Part shown: positions 1 to 10,308 of the stretch, one piece after another
Numbering within the stretch: position 1 is the stretch's first letter
Layout of the letters: every line of letters starts with the position of its first letter
Notes under the pieces: model-generated
Databases searched by the model: none
Told to the model about the DNA's origin: nothing
Seen by the model: the letters and a program-made list of their open reading frames with translations, nothing else
Program-made: the position numbers and the translations under genes
DNA from: Pseudobdellovibrionaceae bacterium
Lineage (GTDB): Bacteria; Bdellovibrionota_B; Oligoflexia; Oligoflexales; Bog-1112
NCBI GenBank assembly: GCA_002711925.1
Contig: PASJ01000027.1
Span: 5,372 to 69,371, forward strand
Direction: 5' to 3'
Length of the DNA stretch: 64,000 bases

Positions 1-23
1 GTGAATCTGAAAACCTACTCGAT

Positions 24-1610
24 ATGGCAATTATTGCTAGAAATCGTTTAATTGAAAACGGTATTCTTCTCACTTACATAGAAAAAGTTGATGTACCAAC
101 TGAGAAATTTTATGTTGGCCTTTCAAAAATTACTTGTTTATCTCCTGACGTTTGGGCTGGTTTGTCGTATGAGTTTCTCAACGGAAAAGCGAAAGTGATT
201 AGTACAAATGCGAATATTGCAGTATCACGAGAAACAAGTAATATAACGACAACAAAAGCGCAAGGAACAAGTGGAATCAGAGAAGATGGCGCTTATGCCA
301 CGATCAAAAGAAGCTTCGCCAAAAAAGAATCAAAGAAAACAAAAGACGATCAAGGTCTTGGCAATGAACAAGAAGAAACTGTAGAAGAAGAGGATAAGAA
401 GAGGGGAAAAATTCCATTAGAAGATGAGTATACTTGGGCTTTTCGCGGAATTACTATACGTGCAACATTAAACGATTCAAAAGTTACTTCCAATGAAGAA
501 AATCAAATGATTAGCATGTTAAACTCTATGTTTCATGCTAATATTCATACTTTCCCGGAAAAAGCTGAAGCATATGAACAATCAAGAGAAATATTTTTAG
601 AACGAGAGATTAGTTCGATAGAACTTGATAAGCTGAAAAACGGTGTTAAACAAGGAATTATCGATACTGCATCACGCGCATCTAAACTTGGCAGAACAGT
701 CCTCAATGATTTTGTTGCTAAAATGGAAAACAAAGGTCATAACCAAATGGCAAATATCGTTAAAGAGTTTGTTAGTGATTATGGTATTAAAGCAGTTTCA
801 GCGGTCCATATCTTAACTGAAGGAAACTGCCGCAACTTAACAATAAGAACACAAAGTAGTTTATATTCTGACCCTATTAGCGAAGCTAATCGCTTTGAAG
901 CTCTCTATACAAGAGCTGATGTTGAAAATGATGATAAGCAAATCGTTGATATAAGTTATGATTCAAGTGAAAGAAAAGTAAGAACAATATTTGGAAACAT
1001 TCGAGTCAACATAAGAAAAATAGATAGAGCGCTCAAAGTTTTACATAGTGATCCTTTTTTTACTGATATCGATGACTTGATGGATTTTAATGATTCAAGT
1101 TTACGTGAAAAAAAATCAATTTTAAGAAGTCGACTCATAGCAACAAAAAAACAACTTCTTGATTTAATTGACCTCGAAAAACAAGAGTTTGATAGAGACT
1201 CAATGGTAAATACATTTAAAAAACTGAAGACGTCAGACTTAGATTATAAACAAAAATATTATTTATTAGCGGATAAATATAAAAGGAACATTAATACTTA
1301 TATGACACGGAGTGAAATATCTGAAAGGTGGGAAAATGTAAGCTCATTAATAAAAATAATTGAGCAAGAAATTAAATATTTTTCTAAACCTGTTTTAAAG
1401 AAAATTTACGGTGCTTTATTTATTGAAGATAGGATAAATGACTTGAATAGGATTTTAGTATTAACAAAGAAATTAATTACTCTTGATCATCTTGGAAATG
1501 ATGTTGATAACTTCGTCAGAAAACTTAAGAAAAAAAGACTAGGTCTTTTTCCTGCAAAACCAATCTTTCATGAAATTTCTGGTCATGCTTCAAGTATTAA
1601 AGAAAAATAG
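24..1610 (+). CDS. hypothetical protein (528 aa from the first ATG). The frame stays open back to base 3, so the gene may begin upstream of the window.
   Basis: Long ORF in an AT-rich background. It has a Lys/Glu-rich low-complexity stretch (KKESKKTKDDQGLGNEQEETVEEEDKKRGK) and a helical, charged C-terminal half. I recognised no family motif. Confidence 0.5.
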   Translation: MAIIARNRLIENGILLTYIEKVDVPTEKFYVGLSKITCLSPDVWAGLSYEFLNGKAKVISTNANIAVSRETSNITTTKAQGTSGIREDGAYATIKRSFAKKESKKTKDDQGLGNEQEETVEEEDKKRGKIPLEDEYTWAFRGITIRATLNDSKVTSNEENQMISMLNSMFHANIHTFPEKAEAYEQSREIFLEREISSIELDKLKNGVKQGIIDTASRASKLGRTVLNDFVAKMENKGHNQMANIVKEFVSDYGIKAVSAVHILTEGNCRNLTIRTQSSLYSDPISEANRFEALYTRADVENDDKQIVDISYDSSERKVRTIFGNIRVNIRKIDRALKVLHSDPFFTDIDDLMDFNDSSLREKKSILRSRLIATKKQLLDLIDLEKQEFDRDSMVNTFKKLKTSDLDYKQKYYLLADKYKRNINTYMTRSEISERWENVSSLIKIIEQEIKYFSKPVLKKIYGALFIEDRINDLNRILVLTKKLITLDHLGNDVDNFVRKLKKKRLGLFPAKPIFHEISGHASSIKEK

Positions 1611-1701
1611 CGGTATGATAAATTTTATTAAAAATATTTTAAGATGCAAGCTGAAGTTTTTGATGAATATAGAAGGGAAAATAATCCTTTAATATGATTT
1701 A

Positions 1702-3957
1702 TCAAAGCCTATCTATATCTATTATTTTATCGAGAAAAGATATATTTAGACTGTTTCTAATACTGTCTTTATCATAATAGTGCTTATAGTAGAAGAAATT
1801 CCTGATAATTAATTTTATATAATTTTTTGTCTCTTTATAGGGAACCTTTTCTATTGAAAGAATATAATCATTACTGCTCAAAATCTCACTCCAATCTTTA
1901 ATCTTCCTAGGACCTGCATTATATGCGATTAAGGCAAGGGGTAATGTCTTGTGTTTTTTAAGAAGTTTCCACATATGAAAAACACCCAAAGAAATATTAA
2001 TTTCAGGATGATACAAAGTATTTTTTGATTTTCTTAATAATTTCTTTATGTTGTTTGTTTTTTTCTTCGAAAGATAAGTATTGGGTATACCACCAGTAAT
2101 ATCATTTGCTGTACCTTTCATCAATTGCATCAAACCTTTTGCACCAGCCGACGATTGAGCTTGATTGTTAAAAGCGCTTTCTTGTCTTATTGTTGCAGCA
2201 ACCAAGAAAGGGTCAATTGACAACTTGGAGGAAAATTCATCAATTAAATCAGCATATTTAGGGGGGTATAAAATTATGTCTGACCCAAAAGGTAGTTTCT
2301 TTTGCTGTGATAATGGTATAGATTTATATACCAATATTGCATTCAAATAATTTGAAGCCTTATAATGAAGTAGTGCAATGAGATATTTCTCATAGACAGA
2401 CATGTTTTCTACTTCTCCTACCTCTTTTAATTCACATAAACCATCTTTAAAATAACCTAGTTTTATCATTATCGAGGCAAGTAAAAAATATTTTCGTTTC
2501 TTGTCTGGAAAAGATTTTATATATTTTTTAAAAGAGAACGACTCTCTTCCTTCTAGAGAATTTGATGTTTTTATATTTGATTTTTTTTCATATATATATT
2601 TTGAAAGAGCACCATAATAAGAAAATGAATCATTATTCACTATTTTTTTCAATATATGCTTTGATTTCTTAAAATCACTTAAGAGAATATATGACCTTGC
2701 TTGCCAGAAAAGCACAAATGACAAAATCATATTATTGTTTGAATCATCCGAATAATTTTGTTTATTAATCTCAAGACTGTCTTCTAAATAATTAAGTATT
2801 TGTGAATATTCCTTCATTTCAAAAAGAAAAAGTATAGTATCTTTTACCAACTCCTGATCCTTTACTAGAGAAACTTTACTTTTCCATCTTTTTTTATAAA
2901 ACAAAGATGCCTTATTAAAATCATTTTTCAAATAATAAGCTCTTGCACTGTAGTAATCAAGAAGATTTAATTCATTAGGGGAAACGTTCTCGTCTAAAGA
3001 AACTCTCAAATCGTCAAAGACATCAATTGCTTTTTTATGATAGCCATACGTCAAATAGAGAAAACCTTTTTTTAAATTATACTTAAACCAAGCGTTAATA
3101 CCGTATTTATTTTTAATAAGCTGAGAGCTTTTGTCCCAAAAAGACATTTTCCGGTGAAAAGTCATTTTATTATAACAAAAAACAACAAGTTCTTTTGCTT
3201 TAATAATACTATCGATAGAAATACCTACACCAGAGGCAATAGATGATTGAATTAAATTATTTGATTTTGTACAATGTTTTTTTTTCACATTTGAAGATAT
3301 CTCATCTAAAAAGGATTTGTTAAGATAACTAATCTTGTTTTTAAGGGGAAGGCTAAGATTATTTCCACTCACATAACTATTATACTTATAGTCTGGTAAA
3401 GTTTTGATAAGACGATTTGTGAGACTATTTACATTTTGTTTAGTCCAATTTTTTTCAATTTCTTTAATTTTATCTAACACATCTATCTTATAGGAACTGT
3501 CTAAACTATTTATTGCTAACTCAATGGTCTTATTGATTTTGTTTTTTTCAGCACCATCTATTATTTGTAATAGATTTTTATTTTTTTCTGAACAAGATAG
3601 CGAAAAATTATTCTTAATTAATTCTTCAAATAGTTGATGCTCATTTTGTAAAAAATTAAGCTTATTGAAAATTTCATTACTAATATTTTTTTTAATCTTA
3701 CTTCTTAATTTGGGTTTGTTTACCAAGTCTTCCCAAAAATTATTTCCTGTTATTGAATCATATTGTTTATTAGGTAAATAAATTTTATCCTTTTTCATAT
3801 TATAAAATTTTTTATTTTCGTGATTCACAAAGTCATAATCACTCAACCATTTATCAAGTTCACTGTCTAAATTAACCCATGACCATTCTTGTTGACTAGA
3901 TTGTGCTAAGTAGCTATCAAAAAGCAAAAGCAAAAGCAAAGTTTTTTGTTTAAGCAT
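1702..3957 (-). CDS. slt: soluble lytic murein transglycosylase (Slt70-like)
   Basis: C-terminal SLT motifs are present: IRQESAFNNQAQSSAGAKGLMQLM and LIAYNAGP. A long helical-repeat N-terminal region precedes them. The signal peptide MLKQKTLLLLLLFDSYLAQS starts at the ATG at 3957, so the ORF-track start at 4035 looks over-extended. Confidence 0.85.
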   Translation of the reverse strand: MLKQKTLLLLLLFDSYLAQSSQQEWSWVNLDSELDKWLSDYDFVNHENKKFYNMKKDKIYLPNKQYDSITGNNFWEDLVNKPKLRSKIKKNISNEIFNKLNFLQNEHQLFEELIKNNFSLSCSEKNKNLLQIIDGAEKNKINKTIELAINSLDSSYKIDVLDKIKEIEKNWTKQNVNSLTNRLIKTLPDYKYNSYVSGNNLSLPLKNKISYLNKSFLDEISSNVKKKHCTKSNNLIQSSIASGVGISIDSIIKAKELVVFCYNKMTFHRKMSFWDKSSQLIKNKYGINAWFKYNLKKGFLYLTYGYHKKAIDVFDDLRVSLDENVSPNELNLLDYYSARAYYLKNDFNKASLFYKKRWKSKVSLVKDQELVKDTILFLFEMKEYSQILNYLEDSLEINKQNYSDDSNNNMILSFVLFWQARSYILLSDFKKSKHILKKIVNNDSFSYYGALSKYIYEKKSNIKTSNSLEGRESFSFKKYIKSFPDKKRKYFLLASIMIKLGYFKDGLCELKEVGEVENMSVYEKYLIALLHYKASNYLNAILVYKSIPLSQQKKLPFGSDIILYPPKYADLIDEFSSKLSIDPFLVAATIRQESAFNNQAQSSAGAKGLMQLMKGTANDITGGIPNTYLSKKKTNNIKKLLRKSKNTLYHPEINISLGVFHMWKLLKKHKTLPLALIAYNAGPRKIKDWSEILSSNDYILSIEKVPYKETKNYIKLIIRNFFYYKHYYDKDSIRNSLNISFLDKIIDIDRL

Positions 3958-4147
3958 GGATCTTTCCTTGTTCTTGATCAAAAGTATACTTAATATTATA
4001 CGGTAAATAAAAAAAGATACAAATCTAATTCGCAAATAACCAAAAACATCACAAGAAATTTAAGATCGATAAAAAATCATCGCTCTCAGAAAAAAAAATA
4101 TCTCAAAAGCAAAAACTAGTGAATTTATTAATCAAAGAAAAATTATT

Positions 4148-5086
4148 TTATAAATAAATAATTTCAGGGAGAGGAGTTAAGGGACCTTTGATTTTCATTC
4201 TAACTTTACCTTCTGTAGACTTTTTTGCAAGGTAATCTAGAACAAAACCAAAAAGTGAATTAAGTTCATTTCTTATTTCTACATGCACAACAAAATCAGC
4301 AACAGATTTCATCACGTCTGGTTTCTGGGTTAGATTTCCCTCTAATAATAAATCTAAATCATCGGAGGAAATTCCAGAGCCTTCGTCAATTTCCAAGCGC
4401 CCAGATTTAAAGCTCGCTGAAATTTTAGCTTGATTAAACTCTTGACTAGGAAGATCTAGGGTTTCATCAAATTCCAACATGGCATCATTAATATTAATAC
4501 TTGCTACCCCTTGGGAGCGGCTAAGTTCTGACGAATTAATATCGAGATCAATTTTTGAATTCATTTTTCCATATAAATAAATTTGGCCTAATTGGCTCTT
4601 AATCATTGGGTTTGTTGTCTCATCATTTGATAATTTACTTAAAATAAAATTTAATATTGAAGCAATATCAAAATTGTCCGAAGATATATAAAAACCAGAA
4701 GGAACAGGAGACTCTTCATTAAGGGATAGTAACTTAAAAATTCCGAAACTTAATGAAACAACCATTTGCCCATCATACTTATCTTTGATGTTTAAGTTAA
4801 TTTTTGCCTTCCCAAGCAAAAGAGATAACAAGCTAACATCAAACTCCACTTCATTAAGATTTAAAGATTTCGATCCTGGAGTCTGTATACTAAGACCTTT
4901 TAATTCAAGTCCTACAGGTAGCTTAGGGCTTAATTCATCGATATGAAAAATAACGCCAGAGTTCTCCTCTATTTTACTTGAAATCATTTCTTTTAAAACT
5001 TGATAAGGAAATGTTATATATAAAAAAAACAGAAAACTACCAATTGCAAAAGATACATAAAGGAGAATTTTTGATAAATTATTCAT
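4148..5086 (-). CDS. gspN: T2SS protein GspN-like (last gene of the operon)
   Basis: Single N-terminal TM segment (ILLYVSFAIGSFLFFLYITF). Its position directly after gspM, with a 14-bp gap, matches GspN. The assignment rests mainly on gene order and topology. Confidence 0.4.
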   Translation of the reverse strand: MNNLSKILLYVSFAIGSFLFFLYITFPYQVLKEMISSKIEENSGVIFHIDELSPKLPVGLELKGLSIQTPGSKSLNLNEVEFDVSLLSLLLGKAKINLNIKDKYDGQMVVSLSFGIFKLLSLNEESPVPSGFYISSDNFDIASILNFILSKLSNDETTNPMIKSQLGQIYLYGKMNSKIDLDINSSELSRSQGVASININDAMLEFDETLDLPSQEFNQAKISASFKSGRLEIDEGSGISSDDLDLLLEGNLTQKPDVMKSVADFVVHVEIRNELNSLFGFVLDYLAKKSTEGKVRMKIKGPLTPLPEIIYL

Positions 5087-5100
5087 TGTTGTATTCCAAT

Positions 5101-5748
5101 TTATTTTGCCATATTAAAAGCTACAAAAGATACGGTAGAATCAAAATATAAACGATTCCCATACATTCCCGTTATTTTCAACTGTTTTAATCTAATGAAT
5201 TTATCAGACTTTTCAGCCTCAATTAAAAAATTCAGTAACCTTGGAATAGATATTTTAGCTAATTTAAAATCAATTTGCTTTTCTTCTATTTCATCAGACA
5301 AAGGATCATTTGAATTTCTTTCAACTCTTTCTACATTAAGGCCTTTCATATCGACCTTCTTTTCGTTAGAAAGGCTTTCGAAAAATGGTTTCATGTTCAA
5401 GCCTTGCGTTTTCTTTCGAATTAATTCCACCAAACTATTAAATTTATTTTTTTCGACTTGAAACTCTACTATCGAATCAGTTAATTCTCCATAAGCAATC
5501 GATACTTGATTTAATTCTTTGTCTAATGAATTAACATTATAAAAGTAGAGGGAAAGTAAACCTCCAATAAAAAACAAAACTAAAGCAGCAGCACCGAAGA
5601 GTGCTCCAGTTCTTTGTTCAGGCTGCAACTTATAGAAACTATCGATAATAAAATCAATATTTTCATTGTTTCTACCAAAGACCTTTTCTTTTAATTGGAC
5701 TATTGGTTGACTGAATAATTCATTTATTTTATCTTTTAATGCATTCAT
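5101..5748 (-). CDS. gspM: T2SS inner-membrane protein GspM-like
   Basis: Bitopic topology with one TM segment (GALFGAAALVLFFIGGLLSLYFY). It is about 215 aa and lies between gspL and gspN. Confidence 0.45.
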   Translation of the reverse strand: MNALKDKINELFSQPIVQLKEKVFGRNNENIDFIIDSFYKLQPEQRTGALFGAAALVLFFIGGLLSLYFYNVNSLDKELNQVSIAYGELTDSIVEFQVEKNKFNSLVELIRKKTQGLNMKPFFESLSNEKKVDMKGLNVERVERNSNDPLSDEIEEKQIDFKLAKISIPRLLNFLIEAEKSDKFIRLKQLKITGMYGNRLYFDSTVSFVAFNMAK

Positions 5749-5783
5749 AGTATCATTTCTCTTGATCTACAAGTTACTTAAAT

Positions 5784-7430
5784 TCAATTTTCTATACCAT
5801 AAGTTGTTTCGTAAACAGCTATTTTAATTGTTGAACCAGGTTTTGTATCAGAAGATTTTTCAACAATTTCTCCAAAATTTTTAATTTTAGATATAGCTTG
5901 ATTAAATTTTGCTAGAGTATCAAAAGAATCTGCTTCAACTCTTAGCTGAATTTTACCACTACCGTCTGGTTGACTAACATACTTGTATTCAACAACATCT
6001 ACTTTAATCTCTTTATCTAGATTCTCACTAATGTGCTTTATTGCTAAAAGTGAGCCACTATCGCCAATAACATTCTTAAATTGACTAATAGAATTTTTGA
6101 AAGATTTTGATCTATCTCTAATCTCAGTTAATGAATCTCGTTTGATTTTACTAAAAGGAATTTTAGGATTTTTGTATCGATTTTTCATTTCAGGCAAAAC
6201 ACTAAAAAACTGTTTTTTATAAATATTTTCAATCTTATTAATCTCTTGATTAAAAATATAATATTTCAAGCCATAGCTAACTGTCAAAAGTAATATTATA
6301 AATGAAAGACCTTTAGCGACGCCACCAAGGATCGAGAACAAAGAACCATAATCTTGGATATACGCATACTCATCTTTTCTTAAATTAATCTGAGACTGTT
6401 TTTTTAAAGAAGTAACAGCCCTTAAAGCAATACTAACACCTTGAGCAATATTAGCTGTTTTATCCACTAAATGATCACTAATCTGCAAATTTGATTGGGA
6501 AATTTTTGAAAAAGAAGAATTGACACCAACCTCAACTTCTATAAATTTTTCAAATCCTTTAATTAGACTACTACCACCTGATAAGTAAAGCTTTTCAACA
6601 GGAGATTTCTCCCAAGATTTGAAGGCATAGAGTGTTCGTCCGAGCTCACGAACAATAGCATTAGAAGCTTGCGTTATATTTTTTGCAACACCAAGTGAAA
6701 CCCCAGTTAGTGAGTCATTTGATCCAGGTAGTAGAATTTGACTTACTTCATGCTTAAGTCTTTGAGCTTCATCATATGAGACTTCTTGATCCTTAGCGAT
6801 AAAATCTGTTATGTACCTTCCACCAAGGTTTATAGAACGAAACAACCTTAAAACGCCATCTTGTACTAAGCAAATAGATGTTTTTTCATGTCCAACATCA
6901 ACTATTCCGTAGCATTTTCCAGCTTCCATATCAAGATACGGATTTAAATTATAGAAAGTTAAACTATCTACATCAACTAACTTAGGGTCTATATCTACTT
7001 TCTTAAGGTGATTAAGAAAATTTTCCATAAAAATTTTCCGAGTCAATACAATGAGGGCCATGGTTTTGTCACCCATTGTACCTATGATCTGATGGTCAAG
7101 TATCATGTCGTCTAGATCATATGGGACAACGTCTTCAATTTCCGCATAAACGGCAGCCTCAACCTTACTTGGATCAGAAAAATTAAACGGCATTATTCTA
7201 CTAGAAATATATTGCCCAGGGATAGCTGTGATAATACGATCTGCTTTAATTTGATTTTCCGAGAAAAGCTGCTTCATACAAGCAGGTATAATTTGCTCAG
7301 TTGGAACTTTATTAATTTTAGGAATTACATTTTCATAATAATTTGAAATCTCATAAGATTTAAACTGATTTATAATTTCTACGGCCTTAATAGAATAACT
7401 ACCAATGTCTAAACCAATTATCTTTTGCAT
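5784..7430 (-). CDS. gspL: T2SS assembly protein GspL with a PilM/FtsA-like actin-fold N-terminal domain
   Basis: The N-terminus MQKIIGLDIGSYSIKAVEI is a PilM/FtsA-type phosphate-1 motif. A later block reads LYLSGGSSLIKGF. One TM segment (GLSFIILLLTVSYGLKYYIF) precedes a ~150-aa periplasmic tail. The gene lies between gspK and gspM. Confidence 0.6.
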   Translation of the reverse strand: MQKIIGLDIGSYSIKAVEIINQFKSYEISNYYENVIPKINKVPTEQIIPACMKQLFSENQIKADRIITAIPGQYISSRIMPFNFSDPSKVEAAVYAEIEDVVPYDLDDMILDHQIIGTMGDKTMALIVLTRKIFMENFLNHLKKVDIDPKLVDVDSLTFYNLNPYLDMEAGKCYGIVDVGHEKTSICLVQDGVLRLFRSINLGGRYITDFIAKDQEVSYDEAQRLKHEVSQILLPGSNDSLTGVSLGVAKNITQASNAIVRELGRTLYAFKSWEKSPVEKLYLSGGSSLIKGFEKFIEVEVGVNSSFSKISQSNLQISDHLVDKTANIAQGVSIALRAVTSLKKQSQINLRKDEYAYIQDYGSLFSILGGVAKGLSFIILLLTVSYGLKYYIFNQEINKIENIYKKQFFSVLPEMKNRYKNPKIPFSKIKRDSLTEIRDRSKSFKNSISQFKNVIGDSGSLLAIKHISENLDKEIKVDVVEYKYVSQPDGSGKIQLRVEADSFDTLAKFNQAISKIKNFGEIVEKSSDTKPGSTIKIAVYETTYGIEN

Positions 7431-7519
7431 TCTAAATCACCCTTTTGTGGCCTCAAATTTTTAACTACTTCTATTGTCTTAAAGTCTATACATCATGTCA
7501 AATTTCCTCAGTCCATTTA

Positions 7520-8815
7520 TCAGATCATTTTCCAAAAAAGGAGCTGATATGAACGTTTCACCTTTTGGGAACCTCTACCATTTTTTGTTTCCTTAGGCAT
7601 TATTCTCCTAACAATAGCTTCGATAGATCTTTCTCTTTCGCCTGTTGTAGCATTTACTTTTATTCTAAAAACTTCGGATCGATTGGAGAACCACTTTTCT
7701 CGATTTGATGACTGATTCTGGTTATCTTGGCTTTTATTGTAACACAAAAGACTATTTAGTGTTTCCGAAATATCTCCACTACTAACCGCTTTCTTATTCT
7801 TCTTAAAATCATACATTTTTAATGCAAAATTCTCTGCACAAGAAGCAGATATTGCCTCTGGAACTAAACAACCAAGCAATTCTCTCGGTGCTGAATTTAT
7901 ATTTATTTGAGACTTATGACTACTAACTTTATTGATGGGGTAGATTGTCAAGTAATTTGAGAAAATTTGATGTAATTCTTCATCCCAGCCCTCAACTAAT
8001 TTAAGTTCATCTAGAGTAGCAAGTGGTAATTGCTTAGCTTTATAAGGAGGAGTGTATTTTTCGTAAGGAGAATTTTTATCAGAGTAACCAGACTCAGCTG
8101 AAGGATTTTTACTACTATTGATAAAATCTTTAATTCGATATGCTAATTCAGCTGGAACTATATTTTTATTGTCTAGGAATTTTTTTTCTGCAGGACATGA
8201 AAATAATGCTATCAATTTAGAAACGACTTCTGTACACCTGCCCGAAGAACAATCATTAAGATTAATCCTATTACCCTCGTCTTGAATATTAATTGTAAAA
8301 TTATCCTCGAACAACTTCATTATTTCTGCAGATCCTTCATTCATGATACCACTAGTTTTAAAAACATCTTCTTGATTTTCCTTACCCAGAGACCTTGCTA
8401 ATTCAAGACTACTTGCACCAAGGGGGGGTAATGAATTAAATGTATTCCACAAACTCTCATCGCTATCTGTAAGATCTTGCTTTATTGGAGCCGGAGCACT
8501 TGGTTGTGCCCTATATAGATCAATTCCCCAACTCATACTTAAAAGAAATACAGCCAAGTTATAACCAGACTTCGCAATATATTCAGCCTTTACTCTATCA
8601 CGAGTACTGACAGCCAACTGTAAATTAACCGCAGAAGAAATCATAAGATCACTGACAAATCCCATCATCATAGCAACTGTCATTAAAGCTATGAGAAGAG
8701 AAATGCCTTGTTTCCTTTTCTTTTGGACAACTTCCGAAACACAACCTGATTCAAAAGGAAATCCCCAATACACTTTAGGGATTCGAGATTTTATTTTTTG
8801 TAAATAGTTTTTCAT
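7520..8815 (-). CDS. gspK: T2SS minor pseudopilin GspK
   Basis: The pseudopilin-like N-terminus KRKQGISLLIALMTVAMMMGF lacks Glu at +5, as is typical of GspK. It has a large periplasmic domain and sits directly after gspJ. Confidence 0.65.
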   Translation of the reverse strand: MKNYLQKIKSRIPKVYWGFPFESGCVSEVVQKKRKQGISLLIALMTVAMMMGFVSDLMISSAVNLQLAVSTRDRVKAEYIAKSGYNLAVFLLSMSWGIDLYRAQPSAPAPIKQDLTDSDESLWNTFNSLPPLGASSLELARSLGKENQEDVFKTSGIMNEGSAEIMKLFEDNFTINIQDEGNRINLNDCSSGRCTEVVSKLIALFSCPAEKKFLDNKNIVPAELAYRIKDFINSSKNPSAESGYSDKNSPYEKYTPPYKAKQLPLATLDELKLVEGWDEELHQIFSNYLTIYPINKVSSHKSQININSAPRELLGCLVPEAISASCAENFALKMYDFKKNKKAVSSGDISETLNSLLCYNKSQDNQNQSSNREKWFSNRSEVFRIKVNATTGERERSIEAIVRRIMPKETKNGRGSQKVKRSYQLLFWKMI

Positions 8816-8848
8816 AAAATCAAATTAAACCTATTTATTGCATAACTA

Positions 8849-9589
8849 TTAAAGACGAAAGCTAGATAGTCTATCTTTAATCTCGTCAAAATCCAAAGCA
8901 TAAGGAAGATAGACTACGGTAGAGTAAGTATCAATTGCTACATTATCAGTAAAACTGTCGATACCTTCTTCTGATTCATTTGCAAAAAGTTCAATGTCCA
9001 CTTTAATAATTTGAGGTATACGATTTTGAGTTTCTCGACTTGTACTATCCCAACCATCTTTTAACCACCCATCACCATTCCATGGAGTAAACTTTATTGA
9101 CTTTACATTTCTTGCAAACAGATTCATTTTTGGATCTTCTTTGAAATCTTCGGGAACTCTTGGAAACTCACCTCGGTATAGATGACTAACTCCTCCACTT
9201 TCCTGACCTTCTTTAACTTCATAAACAACATAAGACAAAGATGCCTCTTTACTATTCTTGTGTATTGGACTATGTCCCATGTAAGTAAAAGCTAGACGAT
9301 CTCCCTTATCTGAAGATTTAATAACAAAAGAAGTGATAGTTTTACCGTTTGTTCTTAAGTCATCTTTAGTTGAGAGTAAGAAAGCATGGGATAAATCATA
9401 AGAAATTTTATCCATAATTCTATTTAAATTTTGAGTAACTCGCGCCTTGTCTCCTAAAGCAAACTTAATATCTATACTTGATTTTAACATCTGTGAAACG
9501 GCAAAAATAATAGAAACTAAAATGGTAAGTGCAATTAAGACTTCAAGTAAAGTGAATGCTTTTTCAGTTTTTTTAAACATTATCTTCAT
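8849..9589 (-). CDS. gspJ: T2SS minor pseudopilin (GspJ position)
   Basis: Prepilin-type N-terminus KKTEKA/FTLLEVLIALTILVSII with Glu at +5. Assigned by operon order. Confidence 0.6.
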   Translation of the reverse strand: MKIMFKKTEKAFTLLEVLIALTILVSIIFAVSQMLKSSIDIKFALGDKARVTQNLNRIMDKISYDLSHAFLLSTKDDLRTNGKTITSFVIKSSDKGDRLAFTYMGHSPIHKNSKEASLSYVVYEVKEGQESGGVSHLYRGEFPRVPEDFKEDPKMNLFARNVKSIKFTPWNGDGWLKDGWDSTSRETQNRIPQIIKVDIELFANESEEGIDSFTDNVAIDTYSTVVYLPYALDFDEIKDRLSSFRL

Positions 9590-9602
9590 ATGTCTCTCAT
9601 TC

Positions 9603-10259
9603 TTATAAATTATCTGAATCTATAGGAACACACTTTCCATCGGCATCCATAACCTGACCATCAGCACAAGTCGGAGTAGGCTGACTTTTTTCACCACCAG
9701 GTGGTGAAAGCTGTTCAATTTTTTGATCTAACACAAGTTGATTTGTTAATAAGTATGTAAGCTGAACGTCATTTCTTTTACTTCCTTCAGGCCAAGTAAC
9801 TTTTATGTGAGCAACCTTTAGAAGCTCATCACCCAAGGTGCTTTTTAATTGATCTTTTATCATTTCTGTCATTGGATTTGGCTCTGCACTCTCATCCTCT
9901 GATGATTGATTTCCTAAAATTATGTCTATTAATGGGAGCTTCCACTCTTTTATAGTTAAGTCATACCTGAAGTCACAACCAAAATCTGAGTCTTTAGGAC
10001 ATAGGTCATCTTTAAACTCTTGTTCTTTAAGCTCCATGTTCATTTCAGATAAAGGATAAAAGTTAGCCTTATACTCAATTTGAGCTAACAACGCTTTTCC
10101 TAACCAAGTCGCTTGTGTTAGATTTCTTTCATAGGTTGAAAAGTTTAAAGCATTACCTTGCACAGAAGCAACTTCTAAAAGAATTGTGACCATTAGGCCA
10201 AGTGCAATAATGGTTTCTAATAAAGTGAAGCTTCTCTCCCCCTTTTTCCGATATAGCAT
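9603..10259 (-). CDS. gspI: T2SS minor pseudopilin (GspI position), oversized, with a Cys-containing tail
   Basis: Prepilin-type N-terminus KKGERS/FTLLETIIALGLMVTILL. The C-terminal tail reads PTPTCADGQVMDADGKCVPIDSDNL. Assigned by operon order. Confidence 0.55.
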   Translation of the reverse strand: MLYRKKGERSFTLLETIIALGLMVTILLEVASVQGNALNFSTYERNLTQATWLGKALLAQIEYKANFYPLSEMNMELKEQEFKDDLCPKDSDFGCDFRYDLTIKEWKLPLIDIILGNQSSEDESAEPNPMTEMIKDQLKSTLGDELLKVAHIKVTWPEGSKRNDVQLTYLLTNQLVLDQKIEQLSPPGGEKSQPTPTCADGQVMDADGKCVPIDSDNL

Positions 10260-10308
10260 TTTTCAACACCTTCAAATTCAAAGAAAATTCTCAAAAAAAA
10301 AAAATAAC

